A stretch of 64,000 nucleotides of DNA, from NCBI GenBank assembly GCA_038087875.1, contig CM075988.1, forward strand, positions 26,476,001 to 26,540,000. Direction: 5' to 3'. This document shows, one piece after another, positions 1 to 13,600 of the stretch (the first letter of the stretch is position 1; each line of letters starts with the position of its first letter). The notes under the pieces were generated by a model. The model made no database searches and had not been told where the DNA came from. It saw nothing but the letters and a program-made list of their open reading frames with translations. The DNA comes from Malacoraja senta (taxonomy: Eukaryota). The position numbers were made by a program, and so were the translations under genes.

Positions 1-2862
1 GAATCCCCGATCTCGCGGAGGCGCGCAGGTATAGTAAGTACTGTACCTGTAAACACCGGGGAGGTCTTCATGGAGTACGGAACCGTGGTAGTTGGGCAGG
101 ACCACAAGTAAGACTGAAGTGTAGGGGACTTCGGCCCCCTCTTCCTACCATCCTACTGGCCAACGTACAGTCACTAGAAAACAAAGTGGAGAAGTTAAGG
201 ACAAGGCTGCTTTACCAAAGGGAGCTGAGGGAATGCTCTGTGTTCTGTTTCACAGAGACATGACTCACCCCCAGCTCCCCAGACTCACCAGTCCAGCCTG
301 AAGGGTTCTCCATCCACCGTATGCACCATACGCAGGCATCTGGGAAAGGGAGAGGAGGGGGCGTCTGCCTCATGGTCAACTCTGCGTGGTGCTCAGACGT
401 GGCATTCCTATCCAACTCCTGCTCTTCACACCTCGAAAATCTGGCGGTGAAGTGCCGTCCCTTCTACCTACCGAGGGAATTCTCCTCCATCATCCTGACT
501 GTGGTCTACATCCCACCCCAGGCAGACATCCGTCTGGCACTGGAGCTGCACGCCGTGGTCAACCAGCCGGGAACTTCAACAGAACCAACCTTAAGAAATC
601 GCTCCCTAACTTCCACCAACATGTCTCCTGCAGCACCAGAGGACCAAACACCCTCGACCACTGCTATACGACCATCAAGGATGCCTATCGCTCTATCCCT
701 CGCCCTCACTTCGGTAAATCCGACCATACCGCGGTGCTGCTTCTTCCTGCCTACAGGCAGCAATTGAAGAGCGCATCCCCAGAGATGAGGACTGTACAGA
801 GCTGGTCGGGGAGGGGGGCGGGGGGGGGCACAGGAACAACTCCAGGACTGTTTGGAGTCAGCAGACTGGGCAATGTTCAAGGACTCGGTAACGGACCTGA
901 ATGAATTTGCCACAGTCGTTACAGACTTCATAAAGAAATGTGTGGAGACTGCATCCCAACAAAAACCTTCCGAGTGTTTCCTAACCAGAAGCCTTGGATG
1001 AACCATGAGATCTGCATTCTTCTGAAGACCAGATCCCGGGCATTCAGGTCTGGAGATACAGAGGTCTACAAGAAGTCCAGATACGACCTTGGTAAGGCCA
1101 TCAAAAAGGCCAAAAGGGACCTGCTCCAAGCTGGAGGATGAGACGGATGTTCAGCAACTGTGGCGGCGCTTAAATGCAATCACCTCGCAGCTCAAATGTC
1201 AGCGATGCATCACTCCCTGACGAGCTCAATGCATTTTATGCACACTTTGATAGGGAGAACACTGATGTGCCTTCCCGAGCACCCATTCACCGTGATGATA
1301 TTTCGGTCACAGTCACAGAGGCCGACGTCAGAAGATCCTTCAGGGGGGGTGAATCCTCAGAAGCGCCTGAACCTGATGGTATGCCCGGGCATGTTTTAGA
1401 AACCCGTGCAGACCAACTGGCTGGAGTTTTTACAGACATTTTCAACCTCTCACTTTTGAGGTCTGAGGTTCCCACCTGCTTTAAAAGGGCATCAATAATA
1501 CCCAGTGCCCAAGAAGAGCAAGGTGACGTGCCTCAATGACTATCGACCAGTGGCACTAACGCCTGTGGTGATGAAGTGCTTTGAGAGGCTGATCATGGCG
1601 CAAATCAACTCATACCTCGACAAAAACCTGGACCCACTGCAGTTCGCTTACCACCACAACAGATCAACGGTGGATGCGATCTCACTGGCTCTCCACTCCG
1701 CTCTGGACCACTTGGACAACAAAAATGTCAGGCTGTTATTCATTGACTACAGCTCGGCGTTTAATACCATCATCCCCTCCAAGCTGGTTACCAAGCTCTC
1801 AGATCTGGGTCTCTGCGCATCCCTCTGCAATTGGATCCTCGACTTCCTCATTCACAGACCACAGTCTGTCAGTATTGGTAGAAATGTGTCATCCTCGATA
1901 ACAATCAGCACAGGAGCACCTCAAGGCTGCGTGCTCAGCCCCCTGCTGTACTCACTCTATACTCATGACTGCGTAGCCGGACATAGTGCGAACTCCATCA
2001 TCAAGTTTGCCAACGACACCACTGTAGTGAGACGAGTCAGAGTATAGAAGTGAGATCGACCGATTGACCAAATGGTGCCAGCACAATAACCTGGCTCTCA
2101 ACACCAGCAAAACCAAGGAACTGATTGTGGACTTCGGAAGGGGTAGGATGGGGACCCACAGTCCCGTTTATATCAACGGGTCGATGGTGGAAAGGGTCAA
2201 GAACTTCAAATTCCTACGCGTGCATATTTCCGAAGATCTCTCCTGGTCCCAGAACACTGATGCAATCATAAAATCAGCGTCTCTACTTCCTGAGAACATT
2301 ACGGAAAGTCGGTATGTCAAGGAGGACTCTCTCGAACTTCTACAAGTGCACAGTAGAGAGTATGCTGACCGGTTGCATCGTAGCTTGGTACGGCAACCTG
2401 AGCGTCCAGGAGCGGAAATGGCTACAAAATGTAGTAAACACTGACCAGTCCATCATCGGCTCTGACCTCCCTACCATCGAGGGGATCTATAGCACGCGCT
2501 GCCTCAAAAAGTTCTGCCAGCATCATCAAGGACCCACACCATCCTGGCCACACACTCATCTCTCCGCTGCCATCAGGTAGAAGGTACAGGAGCCTGAAAT
2601 CTGCAACATCCAGGTTCAGGAACAGCTTATTCCCCACAGCCATCAGACTATTAAACACAACTTCAAACAAACTATGAACTATAGCAGCCTATTGCACTTT
2701 ATCTGTGTATTTATATGTATATATTCTATGGTATATGGTCACACTGATCTGATCTGTATTTATACCTAAAATATTCTGTTGTGCTGCAGCAAGCAAGAAT
2801 TTCATTGTCCTATCTGGGACACATGACAATAAACTCTCTTGACTTGACTTGACTTGACTTGA
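1..2862 (+). mobile_element. Degraded Rex1/Babar-clade LINE (APE endonuclease + RT), 5' end outside window
   Basis: Frameshifted fragments ([49 protein letters not shown]); 3' AATAAA + (TTGAC)n tail. Confidence 0.88.
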
Positions 2863-2955
2863 TTTGATAGACAATCGGAATCTTTTTCCCAGGGTGTAAA
2901 AATCAAATACTAGAGGGCATAGCATTAAGGTGAGAAGGGAAAAGTTTAAAGGAGA

Positions 2956-4238
2956 CTAGACTAAGTGGGACCCGTTGGGTCCCTGTCACACATGAGGCTT
3001 GGTCCCCCAACGCAATATTCCACCACTCACCCATAGCCTCCAACTGCACAGGCACAGCTCATTTCCCCTCATCCCTAGCACTCTCTTCCCCCTCCTCTTC
3101 ACCCTCCCTTTTCTTCACCTTCCCTTTTCTTTCCCTTCCCCTCCTCCCCTTCCCAATCCTCCCTCACCTCTCTCTCCCTCTCCTTTCCCCTACCCTCAGT
3201 CACTCCCTCCATAACTCCTCTCCCCTCCCTACCACCTCCTATCGCTCTACTCCCCACCTCCCCCACTCACCTCCCCTATCTCCCCCACTATCCCTCCTCA
3301 CCTCCCCCACTGCCCTCCTCTCCCTCTATTCCCCACTCCCTACCTCCCCCACTCCCCCTCCTCTATTCCCCCCTACTCCCCCTCCCCCACTCTCCCTCCT
3401 CACCTCCCTCTTCTTTTCCCTCTCCTACCCTCCCCCAATCCCTCCCTCACCTCTCCTTTTCCCTACCCTCAGTCACTCCCTCCCTCCATAACTCCTCTCC
3501 TTTCCCTACTCCCCTCCTCTCCCTCTATCCCCTCTCCTCCCCCACACTCCCTCCTCACCTCCCCAGGATCTCGAGGCTGCCGCTCCTCTACGTTCTTGCG
3601 TGCCCCAGAGAGGCATCAGCCGTCGGCGCCCTTAGAGCCAGGCCTCGGATCCTCGGCTCGGCCCGGAAGCACCAGCAGCTATGGGGGGAAAGACGGGGGA
3701 AGAGCCATGGGGAGAGGGGCGTATCATGGGGAGGGGGGCAGGAGCCATCGAGGGGAACCAAAGGGGCTGGAGCTGTGGGGCATTGCGATGGCCGTGCGTT
3801 TGGGACTCACAGCGGGCGCTGAATGCTCCCCTCCGCCAGGATCAGACTCTCCGCTTTCCGTTTAGCGACATCTCCGACTCCGAGCCAGGCCGCTTCCGAT
3901 CCCTCCGAAAATTGTGTCCAGTTGGAGACTGCAGCCGGCCATCCTCAGCTCCAGTAAAGAAGCGATGACACAGGAAAGGGCGGACCGTCCCGGGGATTGA
4001 CAGAAGAAACTAATCCGCGCTGCGCTGACTGGCAGGAGAGGAGATTGATCTGCGCTCGCGCGGTTTTTACGATTTTTAAACCTCGCTAACTTTTACAATA
4101 TACTACCGATCGGAACGAAACTTGTTGCACTCGGAGCACAGGAGCACGGTGAGTGAGCTGACGAAAATCGTAGTGCTATTTTTGCGCAAATAGAAAAAAC
4201 GCGCAAACCGGAAGAGCACAAGATCAGAGTTTTAGTTA
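2956..4238 (-). mobile_element. Non-autonomous Helitron-like element with C-rich tract and CpG-rich interior
   Basis: On - strand ends with hairpin GGGACCC-AAC-GGGTCCC, then 7 nt, then CTAG|T (2956-2983); 5' TC terminus not seen. Confidence 0.6.
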
Positions 4239-4385
4239 CCAACAGAGATACCACACCCCCTCTGCCCACCTGTCTGTCTTTTCGATAGGACGTATACCCC
4301 TGAATATTCAGTCCCCAGCCCTTGTCCTCTTGCAGCCATGTCTGTAATTCCCACAACATCATACCAATTTCTAACAGCCTCAAGC
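4239..4385 (-). mobile_element. CR1 LINE endonuclease fragment
   Basis: TWLQEDKGWGLNIQGYTSYRKDRQVGRGGVV. Confidence 0.65.
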
Positions 4386-4544
4386 AGCATGTCCGAGTCT
4401 GACTTTTATTTTGACATCTGCAGTTACGTAATCTTTGAGCGATTACTGGTGGTAGTCTTGTCGCAGTGAAGCCTGATTCCAAACGAACAATTTTCTCACG
4501 GTATTCGGTCAAGATTTTCGATTAAATCTTCGCAATTGCACAGA

Positions 4545-4638
4545 ATGATTACCTCAGTGAAAATGTCACTGCAGTTGTTTTGGATTATAATAGAAGACAT
4601 TGTAAATTTAATCACCACGGCTTTAAAGGCTTTTCCAG
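4545..4638 (+). CDS. BCO2: Candidate BCO2 coding exon 1 ([31 protein letters not shown])
   Basis: ATG-initiated 94-nt frame ending CAG|GTGAGA in phase 1, matching the phase-1 acceptor at 15510. No homology support visible. Confidence 0.5.
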
Positions 4639-7600
4639 GTGAGAAATTCTTAAAATAAACTTTGATTCTTCCCTCGTAAAGTACTTACAAATGTTTATTG
4701 GTTTATGTATTATATTTTGGAGTATTTTGTTTTTCTTGGTCCAGCAATTATCCTTACAACGGAGAAGGGTGAATCCTGGTGCACTGATAATCGCATGTGA
4801 ATGCTGCGACGCTCTCGTTAAATCAGTTTAACTCTCGCTCTAAAATTAGTTAAAACGGGTAATAAATGGATTAAGGAAATTCGATGTGACAATATCTCGG
4901 TGGTAAATATGTAATAATAAGCAGTACGACTTGAAACTGTATTGGCAAAAATGTATGTTTCTATAAAGCCTTATCACGGAGAGCTTTCGGAACGTTCTTA
5001 AAAGTAGTACCTTTATTTAACGATAAATGGCATGTGTTTTTTAAAGTGCGTTTCGATGAGGATGGAATTGGGGATGGTGGTGAAAATCCGAAATGTATAT
5101 TTTTAAAGTCAATTTGATGTTCCTAATGGTCATAATACTCCTAATGGTCATAATGTTCAAATTCAGAGTGGTGGGTGAAGGTGATTAGATTGAAGGGTTA
5201 GAAAGTGATAAATCTATTCATTAATAGAGACATATTGATAGAAACATAGAAAATAGGTGCAGGATTAGGCCATTCGGCCCTTCGAGCCTGCACCGCCATT
5301 CAATAAGATCATGGCTGATCATCCATGATCATATTGATGAGGTGCTGTGGGAGATGATATAAAAGGGTAGTGTGTTAGCAGGAGTTATTTTTGATGGATG
5401 TTAAGGTTTATGAAGAGCAACGAATTGGTGTGTGATCAGGGGATTATTGCAACAGTCACGTTTTTAGATGACAGAACCCTGCATGAAGTTTCAACAGCAG
5501 CCAGGGGGAATGGTGGGCATTGGTGATGTGGTGGAAGTGAAATTATTAATTCTTTGAAGAGAAACATTCAAAATGTGGTCATGTTGGATTGCAAGATTGC
5601 ATAATCTTGTTTAGTCTGACACGATGACCAGGCATTGACAGGTTTGTGACAATGATGGGAACTAATGACTTCTATCATCTCAAAGTTTTATTAGACAATC
5701 TTGTAGATCACCCTAAGGTAGGAACTTGATTATTTTAGCATCAAATTGATATAAGTTGTAGAAAGAAAGCAGTTGACTGAACATTGAAGGCTGGTTGATA
5801 AGTAATATTAAAACAATACTAAATTTAATTTTTGAACATATGGATTTTGAAAGCCACAAGCAGTAATCTTAAAGTAGACAAAAAGTAGACACATAAAGTA
5901 GAAACAGGCTAGGAAAATACTGCTTCCATATAACCTCCATGCAGTAATTAGACACCATTGTCTCTTCCGAACGCAGTCTATCATTTTCACTGAGTGACCA
6001 TTGATATTAACAAGCAGTCACTTTTAGTAGCACGTATAATAATGCATTATTAAAAAATGTAACATACAGCCTTTCATATTTTTAGTATGCAGTAACAAAA
6101 ATAAACATAGCTCATAAGTTATAATAGCAGAATTAAGCCATTTGGCCCATCATCCACTCTGCATGCAATTCTATCATTGTTGATCTATCCCTCTTAACTC
6201 CATTCTCCCCATAACCCCTGACATTCATACTCATCACGAATGTCAATCTTCGTCTTAAAAATATCCATTGACGTCCTCCACAGTCTTCTGTGGCAATGAA
6301 TTCCACAGATTCACCACCTTCTGACTAAAGAAATTCCTCCTCATTTCCTTTCTAAAGGTACACCCTTTTATTCTGAAGTTATGGCGTCTGGTCCTAGATT
6401 CTCCCACTAGTGGAAACATCTTCTCCACATTCACTTTGACCAAGCCTTTCACTATTCGGTAAGTTTTAATAAGGTACCCCCTCATCCTTCTAAACTCCAG
6501 CGAGTACAGGGATTATTCTCATAAACCTCAGATCCTCAGATTTGGGGAAAATTGCTCTCAATAATCGAAATGCAGTCTGACCAGTGCCTTATAAAGTCTC
6601 AGCATTACATCCCTGTTTTTATATTCTAATAATCATCTAAGAATCGTAGCGTTTTTCTGGTCAACGGATTTTGAAATCTTCTAAGCTTTTCGGTGACAGT
6701 TGGCTTGACGCCAATGAGCGTAGCTTGACTTCTCTTGACATAGGTGCTGTCGTAGGTTGTCGCCAGGTGACATAGGTTGTTGCTGGTGCTGACTGGTGAA
6801 TTCCATTGGCAACTACCTATGTTGACTGGTGACAGGTACCGGCAATTGAATTGTCTTAAGTTGTCGCCGACAGGGTCGTACCTTGTCATAGCTTGTGGAC
6901 GTAGGTTGTCGTACATCACCTCTCGCTTCTGAAAGTCAAATAGAGAGGCCATTAATTGCTCCACAATGCCCACAACCAGTGAATAAATAAAAAGAAAAAT
7001 AAGTAAGATCAGGAAGTTGGATCATTCTTATTAAAAGTTTTCTTTCTTATATTTTTTTATAAATGGAACAAAAAACTCCAAAGAAATATTGTGCCAAAAA
7101 CAGACAAGGTTGCCATAACCGCTCCCCCATTCCACTCACATATTTTTCTATCAAATTAAAATAATATTGTATGCTGACTATGTTAGAAATATAAAAATAT
7201 TTTATATGACAAATTGTGGAAGTTTGTTTTCATTTTCAATAATGTGTAATGAAATGTGTTACATATAATTTTTAACAGAACCTAGAATTTTGACAAATAA
7301 ATGTGGAAGAGAAAAACTATAATCTGTTTATTCCTCCCAACAAACATACACTTGTCGATTTAAAAACCTAATTTCTATGTGCACAAAATGGTTTGCATTA
7401 TTGACGAAATAACAATCCTGTATTACGTGACTGGTACTCGATACATTATGATTTGTAATTTAAAAAAGAGCTGTACAACCAAGTAGAAGCTAGTTCTGTA
7501 TTTTCTTCATAAAATAATGATTTTTCTATTGAAAATGTGAGCTCAAAAGAACAGAAGCAAATGAATCATATATGTTTTAAAGCTTTAATTTGACTGGTAC

Positions 7601-10600
7601 TCGATACATTATGATTTGTAATTTAAAAAAGAGCTGAACAACCAAGTAGAAGCTAGTTCTGTATTTTCTTCATAAAATAATGATTTTTCTATTGAAAATG
7701 TGAGCTCAAAAGAACAGAAGCAAATGAATCATATATGTTTTAAAGCTTTAATTTGAAAGCTGCAAGACGAGAACAGGCACAGCAGTTAAGTCTCAGTAAT
7801 ATCTGGGCTTTTATTTTGACAGGATTGGAATTGGTTCACATCGGAGGCGGTGACATTAAGATTCCAACAGTGTCATTTTCATCTCGGTATACATTATAGA
7901 TATGGCTCAGGTTTTGTCGGCCGGCGGTTTTCAACAGTAGGAGGGGGAAGACTGCAAGTTCGAAAAACCTAGAGCTCGTTTTGCCGAACATCCTGCAGTA
8001 TTTAACGGCAAGAGTACAATTCCTGCCGAAGGCAATCCGATTGATAGGCTTCAACCTTTCATGCTGTAAGATATTACGGCTTCAGCATGTGGATAAAAAC
8101 AAGCACAGGTTTTCAGTACACGCCTGTGTGGGTCTACTTTATTTTGTAAAAGTACATAGCACATACACATATTCACGAGACTGATGAGATATTGAATATA
8201 TCACATAACACAAATCATACCATTCTGGTACTCAGTTCTTAAAGTTAGCCTTCTCCACATTAACAAAGTCTATGAGAATGGATCGTTGGATTGGAGGAGC
8301 TAATGAGATAAGAAGGGAGGGATGTACGATTCGAGCGTCTTTGGGAGGGGTTCTCAGTCGTGAGTTTACCTTGGATTATGGTGGTGGGAAAGGGGAAAAT
8401 CTAATGCTTCCTTATTCCAAGGGTGGGGTGATGGTGATCTTGGAGGACCTCTGGCGTTGGGTAACGGTGAAGCAGATGCCATTTTGGAGGTCAGACTGTT
8501 GTTAAGGAGGAAATAGTGAGTTTAACCGCAGATTTACACGGTAGGTTGTTGAATTCGGAGAAGTTACTTCCTTCAGTAATAATTACCTGATTTCACCTGG
8601 GATTTCAATCACGTGTTTTGTATAGGGGGGTTGCACGTAAGGTCACTGGGTCATAGGGCTTGACGCACGGAGCCGCTCAATCCATCTGGAGGACATCCGT
8701 AACTTCCGGTATATGTTATTAATGCTAGAAACGCGTACTTTCCTACCTGTTAAAAACCGCCAAAATGTTGCATTTTTTCGCTGTAAAAAATTGTGGAAGT
8801 CGGGGTAAGTGTGAGAGACATGTACCCAACTTCAGAATTCCAAAAGTGAAGCGAAAAGAAGGTAAAGAGAAGCGAGAGCTGAAGGGACAACAACAGCTAA
8901 AGTGCTTGTCGAACATTGGCCGTGCAGATATCGGAATTGAAAATATTGGGAATTATCACGTTTGCTCACTGCATTTCATTAACGGTAAGGCATTATTTGG
9001 TTTTTTTCTTGATTCCTTTGGTATCTAAAAAGTCTCAGAAGTGATAAATCTGGTTGTAAATTTTGCTTCAGAGGAGTTTTCTTTTTGAATGTGAAAACCC
9101 ACTTGTGAATCATGGGCGATTGTAAAATTTTACAGCCAGATTTATCCCTTCTGAAACTTTTTAGATGAAAAAGGAATCAAGAAAAAACACAAATAATGCC
9201 TTAGTTGATGAAATGCAGTGAGCAAACGGCCAATGTTCGCCAAGCACTCTGGCTGTTGTCCCTTCAGCTCTCGCTTCTATCTACCGTCATTTCTCCTCAC
9301 TTTTTGAATTCTGAAGTAGGCTAAATGTCTCTCACGCTTATCCCGATTTCCATAATTATTTACAGCGCAAATTTGACAATTTCGGCGGGTTTTAACGGGC
9401 CCGCTACGCTGGAAACAATGGTGAGAGCTTACCTGCAGTTCATCATTTGGCGTAGCGTAGCAACAGTACGGGTCATGGGGTCGTGACCCGACTGCCGTGA
9501 AACCTCCCTATAGAAAATATAAAAGCAACCAGTTCCAGGTCATTTTGCATAATTCTAGGAATGTGGTATGATTTCCATGTCTGGTAATTTCTGCACCAGA
9601 TGCATATCATTTGACATATACCCACTTTGTAACCTCTGATGATCCTAAACGTCTAACGCCCCCTGCCCCCCAAGCTCCATATCTCTCACAGCCTTGTCCC
9701 TCCAATTTATTCTTATGGAGACCCTGATCTCCAACATCTTTTCCAGGGCACTGATCCTTGGAGAACCGAATGCTTCCCACTGAAGCCTGGACTGCCTATG
9801 ACTGATGAGTTTCTCAGTCTGAGGCCTTGGGCTATTGAAGTTTATTGCAGCAGGCCCCTATTAAAATAGGTGAATCACAGACGATTCCGCACAGTACAGT
9901 GTTCTGTACTGCTACAACAATGAGTCTAGGCAGCCTTATAATATTGAAATAGCTAGTCCATTTTCGGTAAGCATTTTAGTTCTAGTTCCATTTAAACCTG
10001 AAGTGCATGAGTTTGACGTCTGGATTTTAACCTCTGACATGCATATAACTCACATTTGAAAATTAAAACAGATGTTTAATGCTTGCAATTATATATTATC
10101 ATATTAGAATCATTTCAAACTCAAATAACATCTTCCTACTTTTACTCGTTTAAAATAGATTTCTATTATAGGGAAACCACAACACAACCACTAATAAAGT
10201 TGTTCATTTGTTATTAAATTCACGCCAATCAATTTTTGTTGAAAGTTTGACATTTACCCTGTGACTAGATATCCTGCTTGTTTTGCCAACTAATTAATGC
10301 AATCCAGATGGAATTGACTGAACCAGCACAAATTATCATGACATTTTAAATGTGAGTTGCACGAAAGCACGATATATGTATGTTTTCCATTATTGTTTGT
10401 GCCAGCTGGAGATTCAATGCTTATAAAACAGGCAAGAACAAAATGCCGCTGGCCACAATAGACAATAGGTGCAGGAGTAGGCCATTCGGCCCTTCGAGCC
10501 AGCACCGCCATTCAATGTGATCATGGCTGATCATCCCCAATCAGTACCCCGTTCCTGCCTTCTCCCCATATCCCCTGACTCCGCTATTTTTAAGATCCCT

Positions 10601-13600
10601 ATCTAGCTCTCTCTTGAAAGCATCCAGAGAACTTGCCTCCACTGCCCTCTGAGGCAGAGAATTCCACAGACTCACCACTCTCTGTGAGAAAAAGTGTTTC
10701 CTCGTCTCCATTCTAAATGGCTTACTCCTTATTCTTAAGCTGTGGCCCCTGGTTCTGGACTCCCCCAAAATCGGGAACATGTTTCCTGCCTCTAGCGTGT
10801 CCAAGCCCATAACAATCTTATATGTTTCAATGAGATACCCTCTCATCCTTCTAAACTCCAGAGTGTACAAGCCCAGCTGCTTAATTCTCTCAGCATATGA
10901 CAGTCCCGCCATCCAGGGAATTAACCTTGTAAACCTACGCTGCACTCCCTCAATAGCAAGAATGTCCTTCCTCAAATTAGGGGACCAAAACTGCGCACAA
11001 TACTACAGGTGTGGTCTCACTAGGGCTCTGTACAATTACAGAAGGACCTCTTTGCTCCTATATTTGATTCCTCTTGTTATAAAGGCCAACATGCCATTTG
11101 CTTTATTCACTGCCTGCTGTACCTGCATGCTTACTTTCATAGACTATGTACAAGGACCCCCAGACCCCGTTGTACTTCCCATTTTCCCAACATGACGCCA
11201 TTTAGATAGTATTCTGCCTTCCTGTTTTTGCTACCAAAGTGGATAACCTCACATTTATCCGCATTAAACTTCGTCTGCCATGCATCTGCCCACTCCCCCA
11301 ACCTGTCCAAGTCACCCTGCATTCTCATAGCATCCTCCTCGCAGTCCACACTGCCACCCAGCATTGTCACCTGCAAATTTGCTAATGTTACTTTGAATCC
11401 CTTCATCCAAATCATTGATGTATATTGTAAATAGCTGCAGTCCCAGCACCGAGCCTTGCAGTACCCCACTAGTCACTGCCTGCCATTCTGAAAGGGACCC
11501 GTTAATCCCTACTCTTTGTTTCGTGTCTGCCAACCACTTCTCTATCCATGTCAGCACTCTACCCCCAATACCATTTGCCCTAATTTTGCCCACTATTCTC
11601 CTATGTGGGACCTTATCAAATGCTTTCTGAAAGTCCAGGTACACTACATCCACTGGCTCTCCCTTGTCCATTTTCCTAGTTACATCTTCAAAAAATTCCA
11701 GAAGATTAGTCAAGCATGATTTCCCCTTCGTAAATCCATGCTGACTCGGACCGATCCTGTTACTGCTATCCAAATGTTCGGCTATCTCATCTTTTATAAT
11801 TGACTCCAGCATCTTCCCCACCACCGATGTCAGGCTAACTGGTCTATAATTCCCTGTTTTCTCTCTCCCGCCACGAAACATTCTTTAAATTATGATCATT
11901 ATCTTGCACAGGCACATTTTAATATGTGTTATGTATTTAATGTACTAAGAATCTGATAAGTGTACATCAGTTTTACATTACTCTGCCCCAAGTCGTATAT
12001 TCCTGATATTCTGCACTTATTCATAATTTCAGGTTGTGTTGTTGCCAAATATTGTTGAGGTTCGACAAGGCCTTTTGCGAGTTGCTTTAAGGTTTGCTTC
12101 TGATGTGAACGTGTGGAGGAGGGGTGCTAATCTGCAGAAAAATATGAAACGTGAACCTGCTCCACATTTAGAATCTGCATACTCTCTCCAAGCAATGTTG
12201 GTCTCAAGTTTTGAAATTTAATAGTGCCTTCTGTGCACATCCAGAAAAAAAGAGTGTTTCTCACATTGGGACTCTGCTCTTTTCAAGTTGGCAGATGCAT
12301 GGCAGAAGCAGTTTAATGTGGATAAATGTGAGGATATCCACTTTGGTGGCAAGAACAGGAAAGCAGATTATTTGAATGGTGTCAAGTTAGGAAAAGGGGT
12401 AGTACAACGAGATTTGGGGGGGACCAAACTGTCAAGTAAAGTGTTATAAGTTTTAACCAGATCTCTTTGCATTCTACTACACTCACAAGGATAACGTCCT
12501 TGTTGACTCAATTTCTTCTCACACGTCAAATGTGCCATCCCTGGAACTAATCTAGGAAATCTTTGAAGAACTTTGTGACGAGTGCATCATTTCCCATGTA
12601 AGTAGATAAAGTCTGTGTAATATACTCCAGGTGCAATTACACTAAGACCCAGTACAATAATACTTAGTCTTCCTTACACCTGTAATCGAAACCTCCCGAC
12701 TAAAAGCTAACCTGACTGTGTTCCCGTTGCCTAGCTACGACCACATACCAACACGTGATCTCTGACAGCAGATGTCTGACACAGAGGGTGATGACTCCCA
12801 GAAATTGTCTGCTCTGGATAATGGTAGAGACTAGATCATCGGGTTTATTTAAAGAAGAAGTGGATACATTTTTAAATGATTAGGGAATTGAAGGCAATGG
12901 GGAATAGGCACAGAAGATGAGATGAGGTTAAGAGCAGAACAACCATTTATAATTGACTGGTGGGTCAGACGAAGGATTGAGTAGCCTACGCCTGCTCCAA
13001 CTATTGTGGTTTTTGCAATGAAGCATATGAACATGATCTATGAGTCCCCCCCCCCCCCCCCACACACCAATCCCCCCCCTATTCTATTACACTTTCCTCC
13101 AACAATAAAAGTTTATAATTCAACCATGGAATATGTGAATAACTTCACTTAACTCAAAAGCCACTTCTCAGCAAAGATAGACATCGATGAAAAAATGTAT
13201 TGTTGCCTTCAATACACAGCCTTTGCTTGAGTGAGACAAAGGGAATTTGGGAATCAGGAGCTCAATCCTGCCCCAAAACGCATGATCTACTGAAGATGAT
13301 CACCGGTCTCCAAGAAGCTTCTGAGACTTGTACTGTCTACAGTCAACATTATACCACCCATGCAGCCGCCATAAAATCCTCCAAATCCAAAAAAAGGACA
13401 AATGGACTAATGTCAGTGGCCTCCACCAAGCCAACATCCCCACTGTTGACACTCGCCTTTGGACAGGCCATAACATTCACACGTCGAAAACCACATGGCA
13501 GAAACAGAAACTACATTCAGAGATCTCTCATTTAAAGTCATGACCAAGTGGACAGTAAAAATAGATTGAAGGATGTGCTCAAAGTTTCCATCCAAATCCC

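Noticed and set aside
7760..9900. Possible ancient L1 ORF1 remnant flanking the foldback element
   Set aside because: Too degenerate to support by eye
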